Shown piece by piece: positions 11,641-23,238 of a stretch of DNA of 40,141 nucleotides. The stretch is from Paraphysomonas bandaiensis (Eukaryota > Protista > Chrysophyceae): positions 1 to 40,141 of the forward strand of contig CBFFRP010000282.1 in the NCBI GenBank assembly GCA_965644295.1, in the 5' to 3' direction. Under the pieces are notes generated by a model. It was not told where the DNA came from. It saw only the letters and a list, made by a program, of their open reading frames with translations, and made no database searches. Made by a program: the position numbers and the translations under genes. Position 1 is the stretch's first letter. Each line of letters opens with the position of its first letter.

Positions 11641-11929
11641 TACACATACACATATACCAAATACGTACGTAAGTAGAGGGTCTAGGTGTACCCCCACCCC
11701 ATATTTTATTGTATCATTCTATGAGAAAATTTCCAAATAATGTCCAGAAAACACATGCATCCAACACCCGCATATACCACCATACACCATACTGCTGCAT
11801 CATACTGCAGTAGCCCTTTAAACTCCACTTCCACACTTCCACTCATCTCACTATATATACATACATACATCCCCATCCTTTCATACATTATCCATATCAA
11901 TCTATTACACATATATACACACTCTTATC

Positions 11930-14900
11930 ATGTCAGATTCATTAATATATCATGGTTTATCATTAGGTGAATCAGAGAAATATTTTAAACTACAAGATGT
12001 TAATAATCATCAAGAAGCAGTTCAACAAATTACAACTAAACAAAATAAACGAAAGAAATCAAATAAAACTAAAATCATATCATCAGATTCAATAAATTCA
12101 TTAGATGATAAAATTAAAACAAAAAAAGGACCTAAAACAATGGCACATGAAAGAAAAATTGATCGTTCAAGTTCATTACGTTTAGAGAGAACACCACGTG
12201 GGCAATCACATTATCAACATACAAGATATGATACACCATTATCATATAAATTTCTTGAACCAGATATACAAGAATTATGTCGACAATTATCATTAAAGGA
12301 TACAACAGAATTGAATCTATCAAATAGAAATTTAAAGACTTTAAATTATGATTATGACGATATTAAAGAAAGGAAAATATATGATATAGATGTTTCTTTG
12401 AATCGTCTGGAAAAAGTTCCGGAGTGTCTGCAGATTGCAAGTGTGTTATCAATGAGCTTGGCATCGAATTGTCTCAGAACTGTTGATATCGAGCATCAAA
12501 TGTCTTCTCTGTCCGTTTTAGTGCTTTCATCGAATCGAATACGAAAATTTCCATCTCATGATGTGTTAGATAGAATGCCCAATCTACAGAAATTAGTTCT
12601 GTACAACAATGCAATTACGGCTTTACCTAATAAAAGTCTTATGAAGCTGGCTGAAATTGGTCTCACAGAGTTAGATCTGTCATTTAACCACCTTCAGATT
12701 ATTCCAGAGACAATCGGAAATATAAAGACTCTTAAGTCATTGAAGCTAGCCAACAACAAGCTTCACACTTTGCCTAGGTCAATTGTTTTAATAACTCAAC
12801 TGGAGGGGGTCGGAAGATTTGACGTATCCGAGAACAAGCTCACAACCCCTCCACAAGCGGTGGCATCAAAAGGATTTAGCGCTGTCCAACGATACTTCAA
12901 ACTTCTTCCGCAAGAGGATTCTAAGACAGTAATGTCCAATCAATACAAAGTGATTGTCGTGGGCCATGAGGGTGCAGGGAAGACGTCGTGCATTCGTTGC
13001 CTCACTAGGAGCATCGTGAAAATTAAACGCAATGGTTTTGAGTCTTGCTTTGGCAGGTTAATAGGAATGCACGACAAGGGACGGTATGAGGTGGAACCAT
13101 TTGGAGATATGGTGCGATTAACCGGAACAGAGAATGATGATGATTTATCCGATAGTCTTATGTTAGATGATGAAGATGAGAGTGAAATCACCGTCGGGAG
13201 GACGGGAAAAACTCTAATTTTAGATAGAAATGAGCTTGAGATCTGCACCTCCGTTCGTACAGGGGATTGTGGTGCTAATGAGTGGACGAATCCCCCTCAA
13301 TCAACTGTGGGAATTGATATTTCTACCTGGAGGCCTGCGGTTACTTACTCGCTGTTGACTTCTCCTATCTCAAGCAGTAGCTTTGCTGATGACAACATTG
13401 ACAGGCCCGTGTCGGGTATGTAGTTAAGACGTAAAGCTGCGGCATTTATATATTCGTGGTGTATATGTTGAATAAACCGATCGAGTGACTTTCTCTTTTA
13501 TATGCCAGTGTTACGACGACAGATATTTTTAATTACCCGTACTATATGTGCTCATAGGATCATGTAGGTGGACACCCCAAGTCTTACGCCCAGGCTTTGG
13601 TAGCCCCTGTGGGCCCTTCTTTGGCGGAATTAGAAGGATTTGGAGCTTATGAGCCGGATCCATCCGTTGACCTGATACGTGGCTTTGGTTCGTATTCGCT
13701 CAACTCTCCTGGAGAGCACCGCTCAAGACATAAGGATAAACCTGGTAATCACAATAACCGTAGCCATGGGCACTATCGTACTGCACATGACTCCAAGAAC
13801 GGTGGCAGAGAATTTGACGGCAAACCACCCGACAACTTAACCCTCAGTATATGGTAAAGATTACAATGATGTTGGTGTCTATATATGATGTGAATTATTT
13901 ATAAAATGTAAAGCTCCACCTTATAACCGCACATTAGTTGTTTTAATTCGTACGACAGGGATTTTGCTGGCCAGGACATTTATCATGCCGCACATGAGGT
14001 ACGCGTGTACCGATTTTTTAATGCTTGTGACGCACCTTGTAGGCCTTCTTCTCTACGAATGCACTTTATCTTGTTGTTTGGGATATGAATAAAAATGATC
14101 CAGCACAGATGGATATATATGTGCAGTTCTGGATAGACCTGATACAGGCACGTGCTCCCGGTAGCACTATTATAGTTGTTGGTACCCGGTCTGATGAGGT
14201 GCGTGATGGTGGGCGATTCAGAGACCATCATCATGGCAATAGAGACAATTCACCTGACCGGGTAGATTCTATATGCCGTAGACTTCACCGCAGGTTAGAA
14301 AAGAACGATGAGGAGCGAAAAAATAGTATCAAACGAGATTGTGAAAAAGAAGGCAGCAATCAGCCTCTTTTAAAGAGACTGGTGAAATTGCGACCTAACA
14401 TCGTAGGGGTAGTACCAGTGTCATGTACTGAGGGAATGGAGGGATTCAATATACTTACAGCGCTCATATTGCGCCTTTCGACTCCATCGCATAAGGACTT
14501 CACTCCGTTTCAGTTAGTCAACCTCAAAATACCGAAATACTATAGAGAGGTCAAGGACGTTGTGGAATCCCTTATGCGGGATAATAAAGTAACAACTATG
14601 GTACATCTTCATGAGCTGGTAAATCAGCATTCCCAAAGATCTGGGGAAGCGGAAGTCAGTATCAAGTATACTCGAGACGCCGTAACAGTCCTGTCGAGTG
14701 TAGGAGAGGTATGATCACTTGTTGAAGTTTACGTTTTGTAGAGTAAGCATGTGTAGGTTGTATGGTTTGGATGCCCAGAAAATTCCCATCGCATCGGTGT
14801 TGATGACCTACAACACTCCGCTGTGACTACAAGCGCAGATACTATATCTGTGAAGCATGTACATTCTGAGACTGACCAAGTGCTGACCTCCTGTGCCTTT

Positions 14901-17751
14901 GATTGTGCAGCTGGCGTGTACTCTGACCTATCTGATGACGAACGAAATTGTGATCGTAATAGTGAGGGTAGTCTACAACGAGTAAATGATTGTCTCTGGC
15001 ACGTTGTGGGTGAATCTGAAGCGAACAACAGGCTGCTGAGTGATGTTGTATTCCTGAGCCCACATTGGCTGCTGCAGGGTCTAAAGCGAATACTTACTCA
15101 CCATATAGCAGATGATATAAGTAATCTAAGGTTGGGTATCACTGTATAGTTTATTTAGATCTGTAAATTTAAATATTTAGAGGGAGAATGACTCAGTCTG
15201 AGCTACAGCTGTATTTTGGAGATAATTACGAGGAGCATATGTCGAATGGTGTATTGAAATGGCAGTTCATTGAAGAGAAGCTTCTAAATGATATTGATCT
15301 ACCTACTAATAAAGAAATTCGTGATTTAGTTTTATCCGCGTTGAGGTCAGTTTTATGTATTGTATTCGCCGACGTCAATGTGATCTAAAATATATATACG
15401 CAGATCTGTGATGCAGAAGTATGATGTAATAATACCACTTACACTTGACCATCCGGTATATCAAAATGGGGAACGCCCTGAAGAATATTGCGGAGCAAAC
15501 AATACACACCTCCCGTCAATGATAAATTCTTCTTCTTGTGTCGTGACATGGCAGTCCATTTTGGAAGCCCTTTTACGTGATATCGATTTGTCTACAAACA
15601 AAGAAGCTCAACACATAGCTTTATCTGCGTTGAGGTGAATGGCTTACATTTTATATTTGCCGCTCATAACGCATTAAATACATTACCTGCACAGGTCTGT
15701 GATGCAGAAGCATGGCATTACTTTACCGAGCTCTGCCGATAGGCCGAAAGATATCCATGGAGAAGGCAGCGATGAATATATTGCAGCGAACACTACACAT
15801 GTTCAATCAACAAAGATGAGTTTATCTTGTGATGATTTGCTTTGTCCTGCAAGCGGGGATGAATTTTTCCTTGTTCCTGCGCTTCTAAACCCATCTGACC
15901 AACCTGTAATTCCACAATATGCGTCTTCAGGATTTGTGAAGTTGGAGCGTAAGTTCATTCTTGGCGAGTTCCTTCCTCCTGGCTTATTGCAGCGGACAAT
16001 GGCAAAAACTTACTTTGAATTTGGTAATATAAAACATTCGAGGCACAACTACTCGTCCTCTACCAAAAACTGCTGGAAACGTGCATTCTACCAGCACTTT
16101 CCGTCAACAAAATTTGGCGTAATAGATATTTGGGTGTGGTTGGAACCCGGAAGTGACAATTTACGCATTGCTGGCTTCGGGAACTTGTTTGCATCACAAG
16201 AGATAATTCGGCGAATGGATAGCTATTGTCAAGCGGTTTACGAGATTCTGAATACATTCCCGGGACTATGCCATATACGGGAGGTGACTGTGTGTCCTGT
16301 ATGTTTGATGCACCAGATTCCCGACAGAGAGTGCGGTGAGTTCGCCGAGCGCGAAACGAAGCGCCTTCGAGACACGCTTAGAAGTTTAGAAAAGGTGAAT
16401 GATAACCATCGGAAATCTCACCACTCTTCATCGGGTGACTCGGGATTCTTAGGGGACTCATCTACTCCGACAAACGCATCGCTTGCTACGTGGAAAGAAC
16501 ATCGCCTGGTGTGTAGGAAAAACTTTTGCCACGTAGGGGCAGATTTACTAGTGTGTATACCGAATAAACTGACGGCTCACCAGTCCGTTCAAGATCGCAC
16601 TGTTGAGTTTCTAACGGAGGAGTTTGTACGTATATCAGGTGTTCCTTCAGCTAAAATTGAAAATTGTATCTGCAAAATAGGAATGTATTATACTCTAGAA
16701 GAAAATGTCAATACACTATATGCCGAGATATGGAAGGAAAGAACGAACTCGCAGAAATCTCCAACGGAGTGTAAGCAATGTTTGTACGGAGTATTTGGTG
16801 ATGCCGCATCGGGGGTACTTACGAATGTGCCTCTGTTGGGTGGCGGGGAAGTCGCTGTGGTGGTCTCGTGTGAGCACTTCATGACTAATCCTTCTACAAT
16901 GGAGATGGCCGACCAATGCCCTTCAGGCTGTGTACCAATATTCGTAGTTGGTGGTGAGTTTCATTAATTTTTTTCAATGCAGTCTTGTGAACTCATTTGT
17001 GCTTTGTAACTGGGCATTTGTAGATGAAACTCGTTGGCTTTACTTGGCAGACGTCGTTGCACGAGGTTCTCAGTATGAAACTGGTAGTAGAGAAAAGCTT
17101 CAGCAGCAACAATGCCGTACAGATGACTCCAATGAAGCTTACGTTTGCGAAGACTTTCCCACTATTCCAGTGGAGAGAATGCGCACAACAAGTAGTAATT
17201 GCTCTTCCCGATATGGTATATTGTCATACTATGATAGTGGTATATATAACTTGTCTTTAGGAGAGAAAACTGATTTTTGGGATGTGAGCACACTGTCGCT
17301 TCTCTGCCCCCTTGATCCAGTGAGTAACGTTGATTACAGGGGCCAACTAAAAATCCACGTCGTAGTTAATGGAAATGTGGCTTCCTATCATAATAGAGAT
17401 GAACACTCATCATTGTCGCCAATGAGTGTATCGATGGCGAAACCTCAAGTAGAACAGTCCCTGCGCCTAATGAGTTATCAGAGAATGGCAAGCTTAAGTG
17501 TGGATTGGGGACGTGTGATGCAGAAGAGTGTTGATGGGCTTATCCTTGTTAATGTCCATGGAAACGATGGCAGTTCTGGTGGGGCAGTAGTTGACAGAGA
17601 AGGAAGGCTTGTAGGAATATTAGTGAAATCTAACCTTGGAAAGCGGGCTGCATATGTCGAGCCGATTGCTCCTGTTATACGTATCACTCAACAACATGAA
17701 TTTCTTGACAGATATACTCATTTGAAGAAAGGATGTCAGCGTTGTCGTTAA
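11930..17751 (+). CDS. ROCO protein: LRR - Roc GTPase - COR - Cys-rich linker - trypsin-like serine protease (~1744 aa); exons 11930-13415, ~13568-13853, 13959-13998, 14043-14708, 14757-15130, 15181-15345, 15404-15634, 15695-16953, 17024-17751
   Basis: LRRs (LxxLxLxxNxI/L); P-loop GHEGAGKTS; STVGIDI; spliced IW|DFAGQDIYHAAHE|AFFSTNALYLVVWDM; VVGTRSD; VPVSC; COR motifs IPKYY, GEVVWF, VFLSPHWL, FLVPALL, FLPPGLLQR; protease motifs VVVSCEHF, FWDVS, GNDGSSGGAVVDREGRLVGIL. Intron phases join into one frame; the exon 2 acceptor is the least certain boundary. Confidence 0.9.
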
Positions 17752-18446
17752 AAGAATCCACAATCAGGGATAAACTCGTAGTGTCTGAAATAGAAAAAGT
17801 TTTAAATTTTAGTGTTCTGTGCTTATGTACTATAGATCATGCGCACATGTGTATTTGCACATGCAGTTACTTGTTTATATTTTAAGTAGTATATACCAAA
17901 GGTTCTACGTCAGCGTGTAGGTGTAGTAGTGGACTTTTTCATAAAATATAATTGCCATAATAGTACTTATACGCAACAAATTTCCCGACGGATTGACTAA
18001 ACTCATACGCCACTTAAAAAAGGTTAATAGGTGGGTGTCAAGTTATGACACAATTGGATGATTTACTAAGTTAACTGGACGTGTATTCACTCATTAAGCT
18101 TATTATAAAATGTATAATCAATATTGTTGTCATCCCCGTATAGGACATTGACTGTCGTTGGATTGTGAGCTTGGCTTGGTAGTATACAGCTGTATACTGC
18201 ACTATACAGTGGGTGCATAGTATACAGGATATATACATTGTAGTGAAGACAGCCAGCTACAGTATACAGTAGGGTAACGGTATACCGTTATACGGTGTAT
18301 GATGACAATATACTATGTAGGATATGTACAGTCCAATATGTACAGTGGATTGTGGATTGGTATAGAGTAAGGGCATATATATATATGCCCAAGGTGTGAG
18401 CTGTAGGTGTAGTCTGTGATAGAACTTGTTATTGCCTTACAACAAA

Positions 18447-19246
18447 TATCTCTTCTCATTCATCAATTTCATGTTATCTCTACGACCAATTGTTTCTCGT
18501 AGGATCTTACATCGTCACTATATTGTATCTTGTATGATCAATATATTATATTCAGTTTCATTACTACAGTAGCCATTATGTTGTTAGTTCTCCTAATACT
18601 GTTAACCATTACTGTATTCTTCGACTAACGGTCATAATTCCAATACCTTAGAATTACAGCTTTCAATTGCTCCAACAGCTACACTTCACACTCCCTCTCC
18701 ATTCAAAGCTGTACATTGAATCTTCACACCACGAAACATAACTGATGAGTAGAATTACAGCTTTTAATTGCTCCAACAGCAAAACTCAACATTGGGAGGT
18801 AGACATACGTATTACTAACAACTAACACACACTGATGTTTTTGGTGAAGTGGTATTACTGTCAATTAATTATAAATGTTGAGTATTTCTTACGGTTGGTC
18901 AATTAAATGTTCAAGGTTTTTAGTTTTATCAACTTTTGACATTATGGATAGCTTAAGCGTTTAAACCTAATTAAGTTTTATACACCCAAAACTCAATTAT
19001 TAAAATTATATGTTGAGATTTGCTGTTTGAGCAATTGAAAGCTGTAATTCTAAGGTATTGGAATAATGACCGTTAGTCGAAGAATACAGTAATGGTTAAC
19101 TGTATTAGGAGAACTAACAACACGATAGCTACTGTAGTAAGAAACTGAATATAATATATTGATCATACAAGATAGTGACGATGTAGGATCGCACGAGAAA
19201 TGTTTGGTCGTAGAGGTAACGTGAAATTGACGAACGATAAGAGATA
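18447..19246. mobile_element. Non-autonomous foldback element/MITE, ~230-bp TIRs, probable TA TSD
   Basis: 18447-18680 is the reverse complement of ~19022-19246 (e.g. GTTAACCATTACTGTATTCTTCGACTAACGGTCAT / ATGACCGTTAGTCGAAGAATACAGTAATGGTTAAC); terminal TA on both sides; internal direct repeat AGAATTACAGCTTT[C/T]AATTGCTCCAACAGC at ~18650 and 18751. Confidence 0.85.
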
Positions 19247-19819
19247 CTGATTATAATTTATAATTCTCAGCATTGAGTATAAGTTTACCTTCAGTCGATA
19301 AGTTAATACTTCTCATATACTGTCAAACTTTCATACATTAGTCCACATGTCTCGTCATTCATTGACTTTACTACAACTATATTATTCCATCTTGTCTGCA
19401 AAAGTGTTTTCTGTCCCGAATTGGGTTCAAGAAAACGGGTTCAACATTCCGTTCGAATAGAAACTCTCTTCAATTATTCTAAGTGTGATGTGTATCTTTC
19501 TTAACTAGTGCTCTTTATTTTCCATGTTAGAACCGTTTTAAGTGAAGCTAAATCGTCATAGGTGATGTATTATCGACATCATTGTACGCAATATACAATA
19601 TAGTGAGTATTGTGTATGAATATTGACTGTTGACAATTACGATGTCTATATTTCCAGCTATACATTCCCCCATATATTATTAAAGTATAAAACAGCATAA
19701 ATGACATCACTACAGAATAAAAAGCGCAATACTGACAGCATCTCTCCTTAAGGCAAACAGAAAATAGTCTCTAATAACTACTACTCCATACACTACTAAT
19801 GCACTTTATTATTATTGAG

Positions 19820-20257
19820 CTAGTTGCGGTTAGCATCATCTACTTTACGTTTCAGAGTAGATAACATGAATGGAATAGCATTAATCATAAGAACACATAT
19901 GAAATTAAGGCATGGTAATGGTGTATAATTAATCTCCCATTCAATTCTTGTAGTTTGATTTCCTAATGAATGAAATCGTATAATTCCCTTATGTGACGTT
20001 AGTGGTATAATACGGTTATTTTTTAATGTATATTCAATAAATTGACCGTATTGTGCGGATGTGATGATTTCATTGACCCCTACGACACCTCTAATAGCCC
20101 CATCTAGTGATAAGGGATCACCTGGTTTGATTCTAGATGCTGAACCTAATCCACCACCACCCCACCATATGATCTCTTTAAATGAATCATATGATGATTG
20201 TGGTGGTATAGGTAGATGGATTTGATATGTTAATTGATGTGTATATTGTTTATCCAT
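19820..20257 (-). CDS. SRPBCC/START-fold (polyketide cyclase/dehydrase-like) protein, 145 aa
   Basis: GAIRGVVGVNEIIT...IEYTL...HKGIIRF...TTRIEWEINYTP plus a C-terminal helix, typical of the Polyketide_cyc2/Bet v1 fold; length fits. Confidence 0.75.
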   Translation of the reverse strand: MDKQYTHQLTYQIHLPIPPQSSYDSFKEIIWWGGGGLGSASRIKPGDPLSLDGAIRGVVGVNEIITSAQYGQFIEYTLKNNRIIPLTSHKGIIRFHSLGNQTTRIEWEINYTPLPCLNFICVLMINAIPFMLSTLKRKVDDANRN

Positions 20258-20284
20258 GAGTGGGAGTTGGATTAATGGAGATGG

Positions 20285-20460
20285 ATGTATGTATGTATGT
20301 ATGTGTATGTATGTGTGTGCGTGTAGAGAGATGTCTATATGTATATATATGTATGTGTATGTATGTATGTGTATGTGTGCATGTACAGAGAGATGTGTGT
20401 ATATACTGCTGTATATGGCAGTGTATGTATGTATGTGTATGTGTGCGTGTAGAGAGATGC
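20285..20460. repeat. (GTAT/GT)n simple-repeat patch
   Basis: Low-complexity TGTA/TGTG units; source of the spurious MYVC/THTH ORFs. Confidence 0.85.
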
Positions 20461-20686
20461 ACAGGGATGTGTGTAGAGATGGAGACGGGATGGAGATGTG
20501 TGAGTGCTGCCTGTTGGATTATAAAGATGGGATATTTAGAAGGATATATATAAAAATCGCTATAATTTAGGGTGGCTTTATATAAAATACTGTGAAACAT
20601 ATAAGTGGAGTACTGATGTACCTATACATTTTCTTGGTGTACCTGTATCTATACAATATATAGCAGCGTACCTATATCTATACGCA

Positions 20687-21230
20687 CTGCTGTATATGGC
20701 AGCGTATGGTGTACCTATATCTATACATACTGCTGTAAATGACAGTGTATGGCGTACTTGTGTAAATGGCAGCAGTGTATGGTGTACCATACTGCTGTAT
20801 ATGGCAGCGTATGGTGTACCTATATCTATACATACTGCTGTAAATGACAGTGTATGGCGTACTTGTGTAAATGGCAGCAGTGTATGGTGTACCATACTGC
20901 TGTATATGGCAGCGTATGGTGTACCTATATCTATACATACTGCTGTAAATGACAGTGTATGGCGTACCTGTGTAAATGGCAGCAGTGTATGGTGTACCAT
21001 ACTGCTGTATATGGCAGCGTATGGTGTACCTATATCTATACATACTGCTGTAAATGACAGTGTATGGCGTACCTGTGTAAATGGCAGCAGTGTATGGTGT
21101 ACCATACTGCTGTATACCTATATCTATACATACTGCTGTATATGGCAGTGTATGGCGTACCTATATCTATACATACTGCTGTATATGGCAGTGTATGGCG
21201 TACCTATATCTATACATGTACCTGTGTAAA
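20687..21230. repeat. 105-bp minisatellite x4 plus partial 43-bp units
   Basis: Near-identical units start at 20687, 20792, 20897 and 21002 (CTGCTGTATATGGCAGCGTATGGTGTACC...); 35-aa periodicity in the overlapping ORFs. Confidence 0.95.
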
Positions 21231-21347
21231 TGGTATAGGTGCAATGGACTATAGGCAGGTACTGCATACACATATATATACACCATACACATATATATGC
21301 ATGCATATATACATACATATATAACCCTCCACATAACCATCCAACTC

Positions 21348-21821
21348 ATGAAACTCTATCATATCACTATACTCTTATTACTCACTCTACCAATCACTTA
21401 TTCATCACGTCTACCAACACCTCAACACATCATCCATACAATTCATAGCAAACTTACCTCACATGACCTCAACAAACACACCCCATCAAACTTATGGTTA
21501 TCTAAACAATCTATACATAAACACAAACTACAATCATATCAATCAAATAATAAAATTGTTAGTTCATTAATATTATGTTGGTTAATAGGATCGTTTATAA
21601 CTAATCATACACCCCTATCTTACGAGACCATACGCCATACCAAACATAAGAAGAAACCATTAAATATAGTTGATAAAATTAATAAGATACGTAATGGTTT
21701 GGTTATTGTGAGTAGTCTAATGAAGGCATATGATGTGTATATGGAGTTAATGGAAGCTGAAGGAATTAGTAAAGGCACTCACAGAAGTATGAAACGATGG
21801 TGGCAGAGTGGGTTCAAATGA
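21348..21821 (+). CDS. Hypothetical protein with predicted signal peptide and hydrophobic segments (157 aa)
   Basis: MKLYHITILLLLTLPITYSS looks like a signal peptide; IVSSLILCWLIGSFI is a possible TM segment; open frame in very AT-rich DNA; no family recognised. Confidence 0.55.
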   Translation: MKLYHITILLLLTLPITYSSRLPTPQHIIHTIHSKLTSHDLNKHTPSNLWLSKQSIHKHKLQSYQSNNKIVSSLILCWLIGSFITNHTPLSYETIRHTKHKKKPLNIVDKINKIRNGLVIVSSLMKAYDVYMELMEAEGISKGTHRSMKRWWQSGFK

Positions 21822-21972
21822 TTTCGCTATAATGCTGTTATAAGCTAACAATACCTTTAGTACATGTGTTGCAATCGCCAGTATATGTTGTAATTCTGAA
21901 TAAATACGTTTTTGCTAATCCTGCATCTTCTGTGAATTTTTATGGGTGATGCTGGCTAAGTTGTAGCTCTAT

Positions 21973-22075
21973 TTAACCACAGATTATAAGAAAGCGCTGT
22001 CGTCCCGCACTCAAAATTTTGAAACCCGAGTTTTAAAATTTGGACAAGGGACGATACTCCTTAACCCTGGGTTAA
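21973..22075. mobile_element. Palindromic mini-MITE, TTAA|CC...GG|TTAA
   Basis: Internal hairpin TCGTCCC...CAAAATTTTGAAAC-CCGA-GTTTTAAAATTTGG...GGGACGA; right half is related to 23170-23220. Confidence 0.55.
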
Positions 22076-22417
22076 TTTATGTAGTGATATCGTTAATTCC
22101 CATGTTGTCTCAAAAAAAAGTGTGTTTGTACCTGGATTGGGTTCAACAGAACGCTCATACTGTCACCAGATGAATATAGATACTTAATTTTAATTAATAT
22201 TCAATTCAAACAAACACTATATATATACTTTAGCTGTTAACTATGATGTTGACAGTCATTTGAAAGTGATTTCATCATTATTATTATTGAAAGTCTTTTT
22301 ACTTAACAATAGGAGTTAAGAACCTGCACCAACTTAGTGGCTAGAAGAATGCTAGACAGACAAATTATTTAGACCTCTACCCGTAACTAATCAATACGAA
22401 CTCTTTTATCCTACAAT

Positions 22418-22473
22418 TTAACGCTACAGAAGCTGCTTGTGCGTCGCCGCAAGCACCAAGGTGCGACCACTTC
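22418..22473 (+). repeat. Repeat family R2, partial copy
   Basis: TTAACGCTAC..AAGCTGCTTGTGCGTCGCCGCAAGCACCAAGGTGCGACCACTT matches 10897-10952. Confidence 0.75.
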
Positions 22474-22854
22474 CGTTCTTAGTGTGTGTTATGAGGCATT
22501 ATATATATTACACAATTTTAGAAAAACCACAATGATGTCAACTTTCACAAGCAGATCTGCAAACACCCCAAGTTGTATTCCACCCTTCGCCTAACGTAGA
22601 AGTTCATAATGACGACAGTGCAAATGATAGAACTTCATAGCCGGGACTTCGAAACATTACTTTAAGAATTTTATTACAAAGAGTTCAAATACCACAACTG
22701 ATGCTGAAGGTGATTTGGAGTTAGGAGTAGTGGTATTCAGTCATTTCAGGGTTTGGGTCACGTCGTGCTTGTCAGGATTATTTGCCTTATATTATTACAA
22801 ATAATATTCGAATCTAAGCGTGAAGCACATAAATATGATGATGCAACAAGAAAA

Positions 22855-22965
22855 CTGCTTGTGCGTCCCCACAAGCAACAAGGTGCAACCGCTTTCGCTC
22901 TTCCACTCAAAGCAAACGCAGTGAGCAAGCAGAATGTTGATATACCTGACATCTGCTAACTTCAG
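22855..22965 (+). repeat. Repeat family R2, contiguous copy
   Basis: CTGCTTGTGCGTCCCCACAAGCAACAAGGTGCAACCGCTTTCGCTC...AAACGCAGTGAGCAAGCA...CTGACATCT...ACTTCAG joins both halves seen at 10897-11242. Confidence 0.75.
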
Positions 22966-23122
22966 TATTAATTTGAAACGATACTTTCATATTAAACTGA
23001 ATCAATACTTTCATTTTTCTTTGTTTTATTTTAATTTGTTTATTGATTCAGGGAACATTAATTTCTCTAACCTCAAGAAAGCTGCAAATATCTGTACAAT
23101 TTAGATGACAATAGGTTTACCA

Positions 23123-23238
23123 CATCATGAGGATAAGCTAAAATTTAACCTACAAGGAGACCGCCTTCGTTTCAAAATTTGGACGAGAGATTAGACTCCT
23201 TATCCCTAAAGGTTAAATTGTAGCTTATCCTCATGATG
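23123..23238. mobile_element. Mini-MITE with ~29-bp inverted repeats, related to 21973-22075
   Basis: CATCATGAGGATAAGCTAAAATTTAACCT vs AGGTTAAATTGTAGCTTATCCTCATGATG (1 mismatch); interior TTTCAAAATTTGGAC...ACTCCTTA shared with 22031-22063. Confidence 0.7.

Noticed and set aside
18730-18760. Hammerhead-like CTGATGA/GAAA motifs (also ~27816)
   Set aside because: Spacing and flanking stems are incompatible with a hammerhead fold.
20250-21349. Overlapping repetitive ORFs and a possible CRISPR-like array
   Set aside because: Units are contiguous and near-identical with no unique spacers and no cas genes, in a eukaryotic context; it is a minisatellite.
22855-22965. HDV-like ribozyme (hairpin followed by C-TAA)
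   Set aside because: Could not build P1/P2/P3, and the hairpin is not kept in the 11176-11242 copy.
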